Positions 27,002 through 39,216 of a stretch of 64,000 nt of DNA are shown in pieces. Within the stretch, counting starts at the first letter, position 1; each line of letters begins with the position of its first letter. The translations under genes were made by a program, and so were the position numbers. Source of the DNA: Azolla caroliniana (lineage: Eukaryota > Plantae > Polypodiophyta); the NCBI GenBank assembly GCA_043228905.1, contig JBHGNT010000014.1, forward strand, positions 19,282,001 through 19,346,000. Reading direction: 5' to 3'. The notes under the pieces were generated by a model. It worked only from the letters and a program-made list of their open reading frames with translations. It did not search any database and had not been told where the DNA came from.

Positions 27002-27728
27002 GTGCTTCTTCCAACACTCGCTCTCTTTGTGGCCCTTCTTACCACAATACCAGTAGTCGGTTGCGGCATTTCCTTGCTAGTTTCCTACATCCCTTGACTC
27101 GCCCTACTCGTGGAGGGTCCGAAACTGTTGTTGGCACCACCTCTGTGCCTCTGGTTCTGCTCTTGTTGGCCACCTCCATTGCGTTGTCGTGAAGGTTTCC
27201 GGCTTTGGTGTGAAACCAGGATGGAATGGGCAAGTCGGCAATAGTGCTTCTTCCAACACTCGCTCTCTTTGTGGCCCTTCTTACCACAATACCAGCAGTC
27301 GGTTGCGGCATTTCCTTGCTAGTTTCCTACATCGCCTTGACTCACCCTACTCGTGGAGGGTCCGAAACTGTTGTTGGCACCACCTCTGTGCCTCTGGTTC
27401 TGCTCTTGTTGGCCACCTCCATTGCGTTGTCGTGAAGGTTTCCGGCTTTGGTGTGAAACCAGGATGGAATGGGCAAGTCGGCAATAGTGCTTCTTCCAAC
27501 ACTCGCTCTCTTTGTGGCCCTTCTTACCACAATACCAGCAGTCGGTTGCGGCATTTCCTTGCTAGTTTCCTACATCGCCTTGACTCGCCCTACTCGTGGA
27601 GGGTCCGAAACTGTTGTTGGCACCACCTCTGTGCCTCTGGTTCTGCTCTTGTTGGCCACCTCCATTGCGTTGTCGTGAAGGTTTCCGGCTTTGGTGTGAA
27701 ACCAGGATGGAATGGGCAAGTCGGCAAT
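27002..27728. repeat. 243-bp tandem triplication of a gag/solo-LTR junction
   Basis: TGTCGTGAAGG recurs at 27185, 27428 and 27671, each time preceded by the same fragment of D gag. Confidence 0.95.
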
Positions 27729-28229
27729 GTGCAACACGTGCACATGTATAGTAGGAAAATAGTGTATAGAATAAAGGGGAGAATTTATCCCACATTGTAA
27801 TGTCTCTCCCTCCTTGGGCTATAAAAGGAAGGGAGGGGTCTCTTGTGAAGGGTTGCCTATTTTGAGTGTGAAAGGCATACCACTTAGTTTTAGGCTTTTA
27901 CTATTCTTTTTCTTCTTACCATTTCGGGTTTAGGGTTTTGCTTAGGGTTTCTTCTTCATCATCTTCTTTACTTACTTATCCAGTTAGGGTTTTCTAGTAG
28001 TCATTTTGGTGCAGCCTATGCGGCGATGGTTGTAATCGTTCGCGGAATCATAATATAACTTGTTGTGTATCTTGCCTCTATCCATCTTCTTGTTCCATCC
28101 ATTCTATGTTTATGTCCTATTCTTTCTCCTCTCCTCTCGAGCTAAGCTTCCATTCCCCCTCTACTCCCTAGTCCAAGACCCCTGCGGTCCCGCCTAAGAT
28201 CTTACATGTACTCACAGAATACCGCGACA
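27671..28229 (+). mobile_element. Gypsy-lineage solo LTR inserted in the gag of D
   Basis: Termini TGTCGTGAAG...CCGCGACA as in G1. The 4-bp TSD is GCGT/ACGT, and removing the insert restores gag GGSARNGG. Confidence 0.85.
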
Positions 28230-30006
28230 ACGTGCTGACCCGCCTCGTCCACCACGACCGTGGGGCCGATCTGCCTCCGTATACAACATCTTGCTATCGG
28301 TGTGCGTGCTCGTTGACACATCCGAGTGGTTTTCTTCTACGAGCAATGTAGTTTGTAGATCAAACAACAAAGGTGTATTCTCCCTCCTGCAGACCGCCAT
28401 TCGGAATGCTCCAAACTTTGACGCCAACCCTTCGAGACAAACCTACACCATTTTGTCCTCCTCAACGTTTGTGTTGATGGAGGCGAGGGAGTCGCAAATC
28501 TCCTTGATTCGGGTTATATAATCAGCCACAGACAGATCTCTTTTTGTCAGACATTGCTGAGGTGCAACTTCTTGGCCGTTGTGTTGGTGGTGAAAATCCA
28601 TCTGAGATGCACCCACGCATCCTTTGGCATCTTCACATCCCAGATGTAGCTCAAAAGTTGATCGCTCACATAAGATGCGAAGCAGTAGAGAACTCTACTT
28701 GCCACCTGTTCCCAGGATGAGAAATCTCTGTGTGTCGACTTAGGTGCTGCATCATTAACTCCTTTGACATAACTCTAGTAACCGTGCCCGAGCAGGTACT
28801 TGTGCATCTTGTATGACCAAGATGCGTAGTTGCTCCTATCAAGCTTCTCTGTTAGAAGTGAGCTTCCCATTCCTTTGTCCATATTCTTGTCTTTTCTTTT
28901 TCGAAAAATGAAGAAAGTTGTTTCTGTCTTGTTCACTTCTTTTTCAGTCGGCTGCAGAGGATTCTTAACCCTCACACTCTGATACCATGAAAAAGAATAC
29001 GCATGCGGAAGCGTGTGCAAAAGACACTCAGTACACAATCGGTTATTCGCAAACTCGATAGTTAGGTAAACATAGAGAATATGAGAGAGAGAGAGAGACT
29101 GAATGGAGCAGACAACAATATTTTGATTACTAAAAGACTCAGTACATACAACAATGCTCAAAATGCACTTTATATACAAGCCCTAATGAATGGGATGATG
29201 CAATGCCGTTTGAATGCTTATAAACGAGCCTGACACTAATTTAGCCTATAATATTCCTATTTACTATAATAGGAATATAGATTCCTAACGGCCTATTGGA
29301 TTCCCTCCGACTCGGCATACCTGAATCTTACTCTATTTGATTCGGCTCTCGGCTCTCGGCTTCTTCACCCGATTCAGGCCTAGTCGATCGGTCTCCAACC
29401 GATTCGGCTCTCAGCTTCTTTAGCTGATTCGGCCCATGTTGGGCTTGTCTCTCAACAGATCGGTAAGAAGCCGAATTAAGGTAAGCTGAGGATCTTTGGT
29501 TGCGAAGCGTTTGCTCTTGTGCTAAGAGATGATCGCCAAAAATTAGAGCCGAGGTCCAGGAAATGTATTTTCCTTGGTTATGGACCAGACCATAATTTCG
29601 GCTATTGAGTCTAGGACCCTCAAAACAGACAAGTTGTGCAAATTTCGGACACAGTTTTCAATGAGTCAGTTATGCATAAGATGACTGAAAAGCCAATTGA
29701 AGTCCGAAGAGTAGTCTTTTCAGACATGCCGACTCTTCTTGTCCGACCAACCCTGAATACGAGATCGGCTTCAGGGTAGTTGAATCGTCTAGCACCAATT
29801 CGGATATTCCTTAGTCGGCACAACAATTCGGATATTCCTTAGTCGGCACAACCGAATGTTTTGGCTTCTGACCATCTGACTAGTTTACCCGATCTGGCTA
29901 GCCTAGTCATTCCCCGAAGATCAGAGAGACTATCGTAGTCTTCGGAGAGATATTCTCCCAAACTCTTCTTCAAGGACGCCAGTGAGCCGAGGACATATGA
30001 AGAAGC

Positions 30007-31182
30007 TATTGGGAAACAAGTGTTGGGAGACAGGTTCCTCCGGATGGGAAGGGAGAAGAACAGTGCTGATGAACAAACTCCGAAACCAGATGAGGAGTAC
30101 CCGGCTACGGAGAGCCGGATGGTGCAGACCCGATATGAACTGGATGAGGAGTACTCGGTTACGGAGAGCTGGATGGTGCAGACCCGGTATGAACCGGATG
30201 AAGAGACATATTCGTAAATATGTTTCTGAGAGTCCATCGAGGCTATATTTGTAAATAGCCAAAAAGTCATATTAGTATAAATATGACTTAGGGCAAACTT
30301 TTAGTGGTTGTTGTTTTTTTTTGTTGGTGCAAGAAGAAGAGAGAGCACGTAACAGTGTACAAAGAGAGAGAAAGAGGTCGCTGCCTCTGTTGTAACCGCC
30401 GCCTGTGGCGAAGATAGTGAGCACGAGGTCGTTGCCTCCGTGATCTCACTGTTTGTACATTCCAACGTAGTGATAGTTTGTAGCCTGTGGGCTGCCGTGG
30501 TTTTTCCCTTAGTTTGGGTTTTCCACGTAAACATCTTGTGCACTCTTTTCTTCTTCTTGTTGCGTTTTATTTCCCGTTTTCTATGTATCATTCTAAGCTC
30601 GGTTGTGGCAGAGCGTTGCGCATAAGGAACGACCAGTTTCGTCAACAAGTCCCTCCGGATGGGATCCAGATGAGAACCGGCGGAGCTGAATCAGACGAGT
30701 CGAAGGAAGGAACTGGACCGGATGGATCCGGAAGATATCCGGATACAGGATCCGATGGATCCGGAAGGAATCCGTTATGAATCAACATATAGGAACATAT
30801 TGATAAATATGTCTAGACATGAATGTTAAGGTCATATTTGTAAATAACCCTAAAGTTATATGAATATAAATATAACTGGGGCAACAATGTTCATTATGTT
30901 GTTATCATTGTTGTACAAAGCGTAGAGAGACAATGAGAGAGATACATAAAGTATTTTCTGGTGTAACCGCCGGTTGGCGAAGGCATAGAGCTCAAGGTCA
31001 TTGCCTCTAAGTCTCGCGTTGTAACCTTTTCTTCTCATAGTGATAGTTGGAGTCTATGGGCTCCCGTGGTTTTTCCCTATTAGGTTTTTCCATGTTAACT
31101 TCTTGTGTTATCTCATTTCGGTTTTTCTGTTTCTTCCATAGTGTGATTGAGACTCGGTTGTGGCCGAGCACTATTCCTCTTA
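30007..31182 (+). mobile_element. Solo LTR X2 (termini decayed to TA...TA), containing solo LTR X1
   Basis: Perfect TSD GAAGC at 30002-30006 and 31183-31187. Removing it restores F's TYEEASTTW. Similar in sequence to X1 and X3. Confidence 0.8.
30021..30644 (+). mobile_element. Solo LTR X1 inserted 14 bp inside X2
   Basis: TGTTGGGAGAC...TCA with TSD ACAAG at 30016-30020 and 30645-30649; internal 54-bp repeat. Confidence 0.8.
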
Positions 31183-34100
31183 GAAGCATCGACCACCTGG
31201 CATCTAGCGATGGAGTACGAGATGAACGTGGGACTTTGTCGAATTACTGAACAATCGATGTGGTCTTCCAAATAAGTGGGTCTATCGATTGAAAGAGACA
31301 TCTGATTCGGCTAGCCCCAAATTAAGGTAAGATTAGTAGCAAAGGGTTTTCGACAAGAATATGGCGTTGACTTCGATGAAATGTTTTCACCATTGGTGAA
31401 AATGACAACCCTTCTATTTCTCGGCGTAGTGGTGACCAAAGACTAGGAGCTTATTCAACTTGATGTTAAGACGGTCTTCCTCCACAGTGACCTAGAGGAG
31501 GAAATTTATATCAAATTGCGAAAAGGTTTTGAAAGAGCATCTAGTTTGCTGACTAGGGAAGAATCTTTACGACCTAAAGTAACCACCGAGACAGTAGTAC
31601 AAATAATTCAACAACTTCATCTAGTCTGTCGGATTCTATAAAAGTGATGAAGACTAGTACCTCTTTTCAAAGACACCTCAAGATGGGACACCTATCTTCC
31701 TCATCCTATACGTGGACGACATGCTTCTCTCCGACCGGCATGCCTAGAGAGCTTGCTGATCTCATTCAGAAACTTTGATAGAAGCTTGCCATGAATGACT
31801 TAGGTCTGACAAGACACATTCTAGACATGAGGATTAGTCGGCTCCAGAATTGAAGAAAATTATTATTCTTGTCTCAGGCTGACTACATTCAACGTGTCTT
31901 GGAATGCTTCAACATGCAATCGGCCAAATCGGCTTCGACCTTGCTCCCCACTAGTCTTCAGTTGTCTCATCAAGATTGTCCAACATCCAGCCCGGAGGTG
32001 GAAATCATGAAGTCGGTACCTTACGTACCGATAGTCGACTCCTTAATGTACGCGATGGTTGTGACACGTCGTAGGAGTCATTAACAAATTTATGCACAAC
32101 CCTAGCCGATTGCATTGGAACGCAGTTAAGAATGGGTTCAGATATCTCGTGGTAACACAAAACTATGGCATCCTCTTCGGCTCGAACAAAACCTTAGGTG
32201 TTGTCGACTACACCAACTGTAACTTTGCCGTAATAGGAAGTCAACCATCGACTACTTCTTTCTATTCAACACTGAAGCAATTTCATGGAAGTCGAAACTT
32301 CAAAAGTGCACGACCACTTGACAACTGAAGCTAAATATGTAGCCACATTTGACGTGGTGAAAAAAGCTTTATGGCTTAGTTGATTGGCAAGCACATTTCG
32401 GCAAGCCGATTCCAATTTGGCTCTAGTGGTTTACAACGACAGTTAGGGTGTTGTCACCTTATCGAAGAATTTGGTTCATGAGAATGCCTAGAAACATATC
32501 GACGTTCGATATCACTTCATTCGGGTCTCGAGAAAATCTCTATGGCTGACAATGTAGAAAATAGGATGACTGATTCCGGTCACTAAGGCACTATATGGGC
32601 TTAAGGAGAAATCAGTCTGATTGGGTCACACAACAGAGATGGCTTTGGACTTCAGGATTTAGCTTTCGTCAATCAACACAACCGACCCACCTTTTGCTCT
32701 CAGACCAACCAATCTGGCTTAATAAGATCAAAGGGCAATTGCCCTAGCTCAGTTGCTTTATAACAAAACTCTGTAACCTAGTTCAAGGGGTTGGTTGTCG
32801 CCATTCTTTGTAACTCAGTTTTTGAATAATACAATTACACTATTGTGCCTATCTCCATCTCTCTCTTACATTATGTTTCTTGATCCTAATTTATGCTAAG
32901 TTGTCTTTGTTTTATTCAACTACTAATGTTGATTAAGTCTACCAACTTGTTGATCTTCATCTACTAGTGGTTCTCTTGTTTCCGCATACTGACGGTCCTC
33001 ACTTCCAACATGGTCCTCATTACAAGTATAAAAAATGTCAAACATATTGTAAAGAATCTAACTCTAGTAGAGTAGAGTATTCAGAAGTGTAGTGCATTTG
33101 TGTGCGAGTGGGTGAATAAGAAAGAGAAGAAATCAGAGAGAATAACCAGAAAATAATAAGAAAATACACAGTAGGGGGATGACAACTTACGCACTGAAGA
33201 GAGCTATATTAATTAACTAAAGATCATCAACAAAACAGAATGGGCAAAGGGAGTTTTATATATAAGTCCTCAAGGGACTGCCATATTAAATGTGTTGGTG
33301 GAATCTAACCAAGATATCCTCTTGAGTACAATTTTGTCATAAGAATATCTAATATTCTTTGACCACTTTAACACTCAACTACACGGATTACAATAAAGTG
33401 TGCTCACACACTTTTTCACACATCGTCCTTTTCTTCATAAGCACATGTTCACACAAGTTGAGCTTGATTCTCAAGATGCCCCCTCAAGGTCAATTGTGTG
33501 TCCTCTTAAGCTTGGTTGTCTTGGTGTAGTTGAAGACCTGATTACAGTTGGTTGGACTACTAGACCGTAGTTTTCCCATTGTTCTTATGTACTCGATCTT
33601 GATCTAGCAATGTCGATCTTGCTGATCCAAAATTTTGAGCTTGTCAAGGGTGCCTACAAGATCGGGTTTATCTCTAACTTCAAAAAATTTGGGGCTTTGG
33701 AAAGTCTTCCTCTAACTTGCCGGGTCAAGTCGGGTTAGATGTGTCAGTCTTACTTTGCCGATGCCGGTCTCACTCTTCCTCTTGTATGGTGTTGATTCTC
33801 CATGTTTACCTTCGTCTTCGTCTTTTTACTCTCCCCCAAGCTCATCATATCGAGTGGTCTAAGGCCTAGATCCACTGAGAATTTCCGTAGCTTGTCGAGA
33901 CCTAGCGCCTTAGTGGAAATATCAACCACTTGCATGTTAGTGCCAACATATTGGAGGTCAATGTCACCGGCCAATATACGCTCACAGATGTAATGATAGT
34001 GCACCTCTATGTGCTTAGTCCGGGCGTGAAACACCAGATTCTTTGCGAGCTGGATGTTGTTGAGATTATCGCAGTGATCAGTATTGGCTTGTTCACCAAT

Positions 34101-35488
34101 TCGTTGAAGTCTTTTAGCAGTCTTTTAAGCCATACCGCTTTGCAAGCAGCTACAACTTCGGCCCTATACTCCGCCTCAGTGTTCGATAGAGCGATTGTTG
34201 GTTGTTTCTTACTGCTCCAAGAGACTACTCCACTACCGAGTGAAAATATAAATCCCGAAATGGATCTCCTATCAGATGCATTGCCTGCCCAATCAACATC
34301 CGTGAAGCCTTCGAGTCGAAGTGGTGCTCCACACTTATAGAAGATACCATAATTAAGTGTTCCACTAATATAACGTAACACTCGCTTAGCACAATCCATG
34401 TGAGTGTCGCGGGGGGTTTCCATGAACTGGCTAAGAACCCTGACCGGATAACTGAGGTCTGGTTGGGTGATAGTTAGGTAGATAAGACTCCCAATTATTT
34501 GGCGATACTATGTCGGCTCGCAGAATTTTCCAGAATCTGCAGTTAGCTTCATATTTCAATCAAAGGGTGTCGAGATGGACTTACACTCGGTCATTCTGAA
34601 CTTGTAGAGCAAGTTCAACACATAGTGTCGTTGTGAGAGCAGGAACCCTTCTAGAGTTTGAATGACACCCTTCTAGAGTTTGAATGACCTTGATGTCGAG
34701 AAAATAATGTAAGTCATTCAGATCCTTCATCTCGAACTTTTGTAAAAGTAGCTTTTCAATCTTTTGTATCTCAGTGAGGCTTTCTCCACCAATGACAAGG
34801 TCATCGACATACAAGATTAAGAAGATGGGGCTTTTGGGATTGTTCTGAACATACAACAAGTTATCAGATTTTGACATCTAGAAGCCAATGTTGTGAAGAT
34901 ATGATGTGATCTTTGAATGCCATGCTCTTGAGGCTTGCTTCAGTCCATAGAGCGGCTTCTTCAATCGACAAACTACTTGTGGATGTTTGTTTGATTCGAA
35001 GTCAGGTGGTTGCATCATGTAAACTTCCTCCTCGAGCTCACCTTGGAGGAATGCGTTCTTCACATCCATTTGATGCAAGTGCCATCCTTTCGCTGTTACA
35101 AGTGCAATTACCGTCCTCACGACATGGTTGTAACATACGTAGCATACCGTACGCATACAATACGTATACTACGTATTCTAAAAAATTTTATAAGCTCTTA
35201 GAATACGTTGTTGTGAAGATTTTCGGCAATAGTGTGAAAATCCCATAAAACGTACGAAATCGAGTATGAATCACATAATACAATAATTGTGAAGATAACA
35301 TTTTAAATAAATTTAATATCTAAGTACAAAATGATGGAGGTTTCGAATGCACTTTATTACACGAGAAACGGACAACTAAATGTCAAGATATGAGGGTATA
35401 AAGTTTGTGAAAGGAAAAGAGAAAATTGTGAGATATCCCACATAGGCACGACAAATACGGCTCTCATCATATATAAGGTAGAGCAAAA

Positions 35489-36179
35489 TGTTGTGAACTC
35501 GACGTTCCTTATGTCCGACGCTCGGCCACAACCGAGATTCTTTACATACACAGAAAAACAGGTAACGAAACGCGACACAAAAGAGGAGAAATGATACACA
35601 GGAGGTATACGTGGAAAACCCCAAAATAGGGGAAAAAACCACGGCAGCCCACAAGCTGCAAACTGTCACTATGTAGGAATATACAACAGTGAGATCACTG
35701 AGGCAACGACCTCGTGCTCTCAGATCTTCGCCACAGGCGGCGGTTACAACAGAGGCAACGACCTCGTCTCTCTCTCTCTCTCCCTCTCTCTCTCTGTACA
35801 GTTACGCGCTCTGATTTCTTCTTGCACCAACAACGAAGAATGACAACTAGAATGACAACCGTAACTAAAAGTTTGCCCTAAGTCATATTTAAACTAATAT
35901 GACTTTTCGGCTATTTACAAATGTAGCCTCGATGGGCTCCATCCGGCTCTCCGCAGTCGGGTACTCCTCATCCGGTTCATACCGGGCCTACACCATCCGA
36001 CTCTCCGCAGTCGGGTTCTCCCCATCCGGTCATACCGGGCCTACACCATCCGACTCTCCGAAGTCGGGTTCTCCCCATCCGGTTCATACCGTTTCGGCCT
36101 CGGCCTGTCAGCCTCGGCCGAGTTTGTTTGTCGGCACTGTTCTTCTCCCTTCCCATCCGGAGGGACCTGTCTTCCAACA
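35489..36179 (-). mobile_element. Solo LTR X3 (X1 family) in the 5' LTR of G2
   Basis: TG...CA termini with perfect TSD CAAAA; absent from the G2 3' LTR, which shows the empty site near 43049. Confidence 0.92.
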
Positions 36180-36418
36180 CAAAAGATATTATCTTTGTGT
36201 CTATGTGTGGAGCATAGAGAGTTCAAGGTAACTTGAATTAAGAGTGGAGGTGGGCTAGCTACTCGTAAAGGGTTTTGGCCAACCAAAACCGGACCGGCAT
36301 CCGGCGAGGCACCGGTAACCGACGACATCCGGTGGCAGCACCGGTATCCGGCGGCATCCGATGAACTGGCGTCCAGTGACTAGATAAATAAATATATAAA
36401 TATATATGTTTACAAGGA

Positions 36419-36489
36419 GGGCAAGTAAGGATTCAAACCTTGCACCTCCAAGTTAGGAGTCAATTGGCTTACCATTAAGCCATGCTATT
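36419..36489 (-). other. tRNA-like segment (Pol III A/B boxes) within the G2 LTR; second copy at 43348-43418
   Basis: The minus strand reads TGGCTTAATGGTAAGC (A box, D-stem GCTT/AAGC), CTCCTAA (anticodon-like loop) and AAGGTTTGAATCCTT (B box, T-stem). Acceptor and anticodon stems pair poorly. Confidence 0.55.
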
Positions 36490-36958
36490 TAATTGAAATT
36501 ATATTTGTATCATTGTACTTTTACATGTAAATTCTCATACATGAGAGCTAAAATGAGTGACATGGTTATCATGCACCACATGTAATACATAAGCGCCAAA
36601 TGGCAAACATGCAATTTATGCATGTCTTGTACCCTCACATGCATCATATGCATGGGAGCATCTATAAAAGAAGGAAGGAGGAGGAGAAAAAACACGTTTT
36701 TTTTAATGAAAATTAAGAGGAAGAAATTCGTTAATCAAATTGATCGTGTAACTTGTTTCTTAAATCTAAAGTTAAAAGTTCAATCAATCTCTCTCAATCG
36801 TGTAATCTCAACTTCTCTCTTTCCCAATCTATCTTAAGTACTTTCTCGCTAAAGCTTGCGCCAAAACTTGTACCGATTTTGAATCCTTCTGGTCCAGAAC
36901 CCCGGCGGTTCCGCCTCACGATTCGCGCGTAGTGACGGATCTTCACAACATAATTAAG

Positions 36959-36976
36959 TGGTGAACCCGACGTGAA
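36959..36976 (+). promoter_or_regulatory. Primer-binding site complementary to the tRNA-Trp 3' end
   Basis: TGGTGAACCCGACGTGAA is the reverse complement of TTCACGTCGGGTTCACCA, the 3' end of plant cytosolic tRNA-Trp as recalled. Confidence 0.8.
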
Positions 36977-37017
36977 CGAGGTAGTAGGAAGGATCAAGTC
37001 GAGATTAATACTTGGAG

Positions 37018-39216
37018 ATGGCGTCCTCAAGCAACCAAGCAGGAGAGCTTGAAAGGATGATGCTAATCATCGAGCAAATGATGAGATCTCGGGACAACGA
37101 CGCGAGCGTGGAGAAGGCTGTCGATCGTGTCGTAGAGCTCGAGGGCCAATTCGATGGAAGGAACGTTACGAAGTTCCTTGATGCATATAGAAGGGAGATG
37201 AATCAGAGGGACGTGTCCGAGGCACGTCAAATCGCAAGCTTCAAGAGAGTTGTCGCCAACAACATCCAAAGACGCGTCATCGAGCTTCAAGAAGGTAAGC
37301 CAACATGGTCCGAGTTCGAGAAAACGATACTAGCGGAGTTCGTGACTGAAGACTCAACGAGGATGACTCGACATGCCCTGATGAAGTGGATAGAGACGAA
37401 GAATAAGAAGATGAGCGTCTCGAGGGTGTACGACGAATTCGACTAGATGTTTAGTCGTCTCCCCAATACGGACCAAGTGTTGCTTGAAGAGGACAAGACT
37501 TTGTACTTCTTGAAGGCCGTGGACATAAAGGATAGACGGGAGTTGGGGACTCTTCTCGAAGATGATACCCAAGCAAATGGGCTCGTAGCGGACTGGATCG
37601 CGGTGAAGCGGGCATGCAATAGGCTCGACAAGCGTCGCCAATGGGTTGATGACACTGACTTGACGGGATCGACTACCACGGAGAAAGCAAGACCGCCGAA
37701 AGTAGCTGAGCCGCCAAGACAAAGTAACGTGGAAGAAAAGAAGATTGACGACGACATCATTGAAGAGCTAGCGAAGAAGTTCGAGAAGGTCACGCTAGCC
37801 AACATGAATCGTCGGGGCCCTAAAGGAAAAGAACCCTTTAGATGCGTGTGGTGCGATAGCATGGACCACATGAGAAGGGATTGTGCGAGCCTTCGAGAGG
37901 CGATTCGACAAAATATCGTATACATAGAGGACAACATGATCTGCTCAAGCGAGACTAGAAGACAGCTACGGGTGAATTTCGGAAGAGGAGGAATGAAGAA
38001 ATCTATGGAGGATGCCGATGCGACTCATGTGGATGCGATGCACTATGCTGCGTCGGCCGGAATAAGAGTCGGGAAAGACAAGACTGAAGCTGCTAGAGCA
38101 GGAGCAAAGTTTTGGACTTCCGTTCTCGAATATGAGAAGAAGGGAAAAGTCACATCGAACGAGGTAGACCTTGCGGACCGAAGCGTGCAAAGCATAACTG
38201 GGTGGTCGGATCCGGTGGACGACAACACCATACTCGCAGAGGTGATGTGCGACAACCACGAGGTGTTCGTCGAAGAAAAGAGAAAGAGAATAGAAGAGCA
38301 AGGCCCATCAAAAAGACATGAAACAAGGAACGCGAAAAAGAAGGATGATACGGAGACGAGTCAACCTTTACAAACGGAGGAACGAGAATCAAGCCGAAAA
38401 GGGGAGCCGAGCATACGAGTTGAAGAAACGGTTCGGCCCGTGAAGGTTGGTGTCGAAGACCCCGCTCGGAGGACAAGGACTATACCTACCTATAAGCTAA
38501 GGTCAGACATAGAGCAGACGACGGACCTAAAGAAGATTCTCGAAGAATGAGTTCTTGATAGCCACGTAACTTTGTCCTTGAGGGAATTGCTTGGCATTAC
38601 GAAGAAGGAGTTCCATGACACGATCGTGGACCTTGTAAAGAGAAAGAGACAACAATCGGACGAGGAAGAAGAGAAGCCGCAAAAAGCAAAAACGAATGCC
38701 ATAACGATGGCAAGAGACGAAATCGATGAAGATATGGTGGAAAGCCACTACACTCGACCTCATTGGGCACGAGCGACAACGGAGATGCCGGTGAAGATCG
38801 GGGAGAAGAAAGAGACCGTGGTAGCCTTGATCGACCACGGCTCGGAGATCAACCTCATGTCAACCGACTTCTACAAAAAAGGAAGATGGCCAATCAATAC
38901 AAACCACGGATGGAAGTTTCGCGCGGCAACAAAGTCTACGGAGGATTTGTACGGAGCTTGTCCCAATGTCAAAGTCACGATCGGGGATGTGGAGATGGAT
39001 CAACACTTCTTCGTACAAGAATCGGCGTCGCATCCTGTCATCCTAGGGCAACCTTATATCACATCATCTCGGATGGAGACCAAAGTGTTTGATAATGGAG
39101 CAGCCTTCGCACGAATAAAGAGTCTTGACAACCAAAGATCGGTCCAATTCCTAACGGTGCGAGCCAATCATGAAAGGAATCGAGATAGTCTCGGAGGCGA
39201 ATCCTCGGATTTTTAG
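37018..39216 (+). pseudogene. G2 gag-protease ORF with two in-frame stops (37444, 38548)
   Basis: One reading frame across three ORF-track pieces; zinc knuckle CVWCDSMDHMRRDC and protease ALIDHGSEINLM. Confidence 0.9.

Larger units (their letters stand above)
24319..29457 (-). mobile_element. Copia element D, 3'-truncated: 5' LTR 28988-29457, PBS 28976-28987, gag-PR-IN-RT remnants; cut in RT by G1
   Basis: LTR TG...CA, iMet-type PBS, and motifs EKLDRSNYASWSYKM, WYVDSGASNHM and ILLYVDDL. Confidence 0.9.
29458..33010 (+). mobile_element. Old Tnt1/Tork-like copia element F, 5'-truncated: integrase C-terminus, RT/RH remnant, and a probable 3' LTR ending at 33010
   Basis: Degenerate translation LRIFGCEAF...KCIFLGYG, EPRTYEEA|STTWHLAM, LVAKGF and LYVDDML. 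The end ...gacggtcctcacttccaaca resembles the LTR end of element H. Confidence 0.8.

Noticed and set aside
27929-27995. TTAGGGTTT motifs as interstitial telomere
   Set aside because: Isolated telo-box-like motifs in an LTR, not a tandem telomeric array.
29796-34688. Short direct duplications (28 bp at 29796-29851; 22 bp at 34645-34688)
   Set aside because: Ordinary slippage or repair duplications in dead retroelements.
36419-36489. Functional tRNA-Arg gene
   Set aside because: Acceptor and anticodon stems do not pair properly and the B box has T in place of the invariant C; reported only as tRNA-like.
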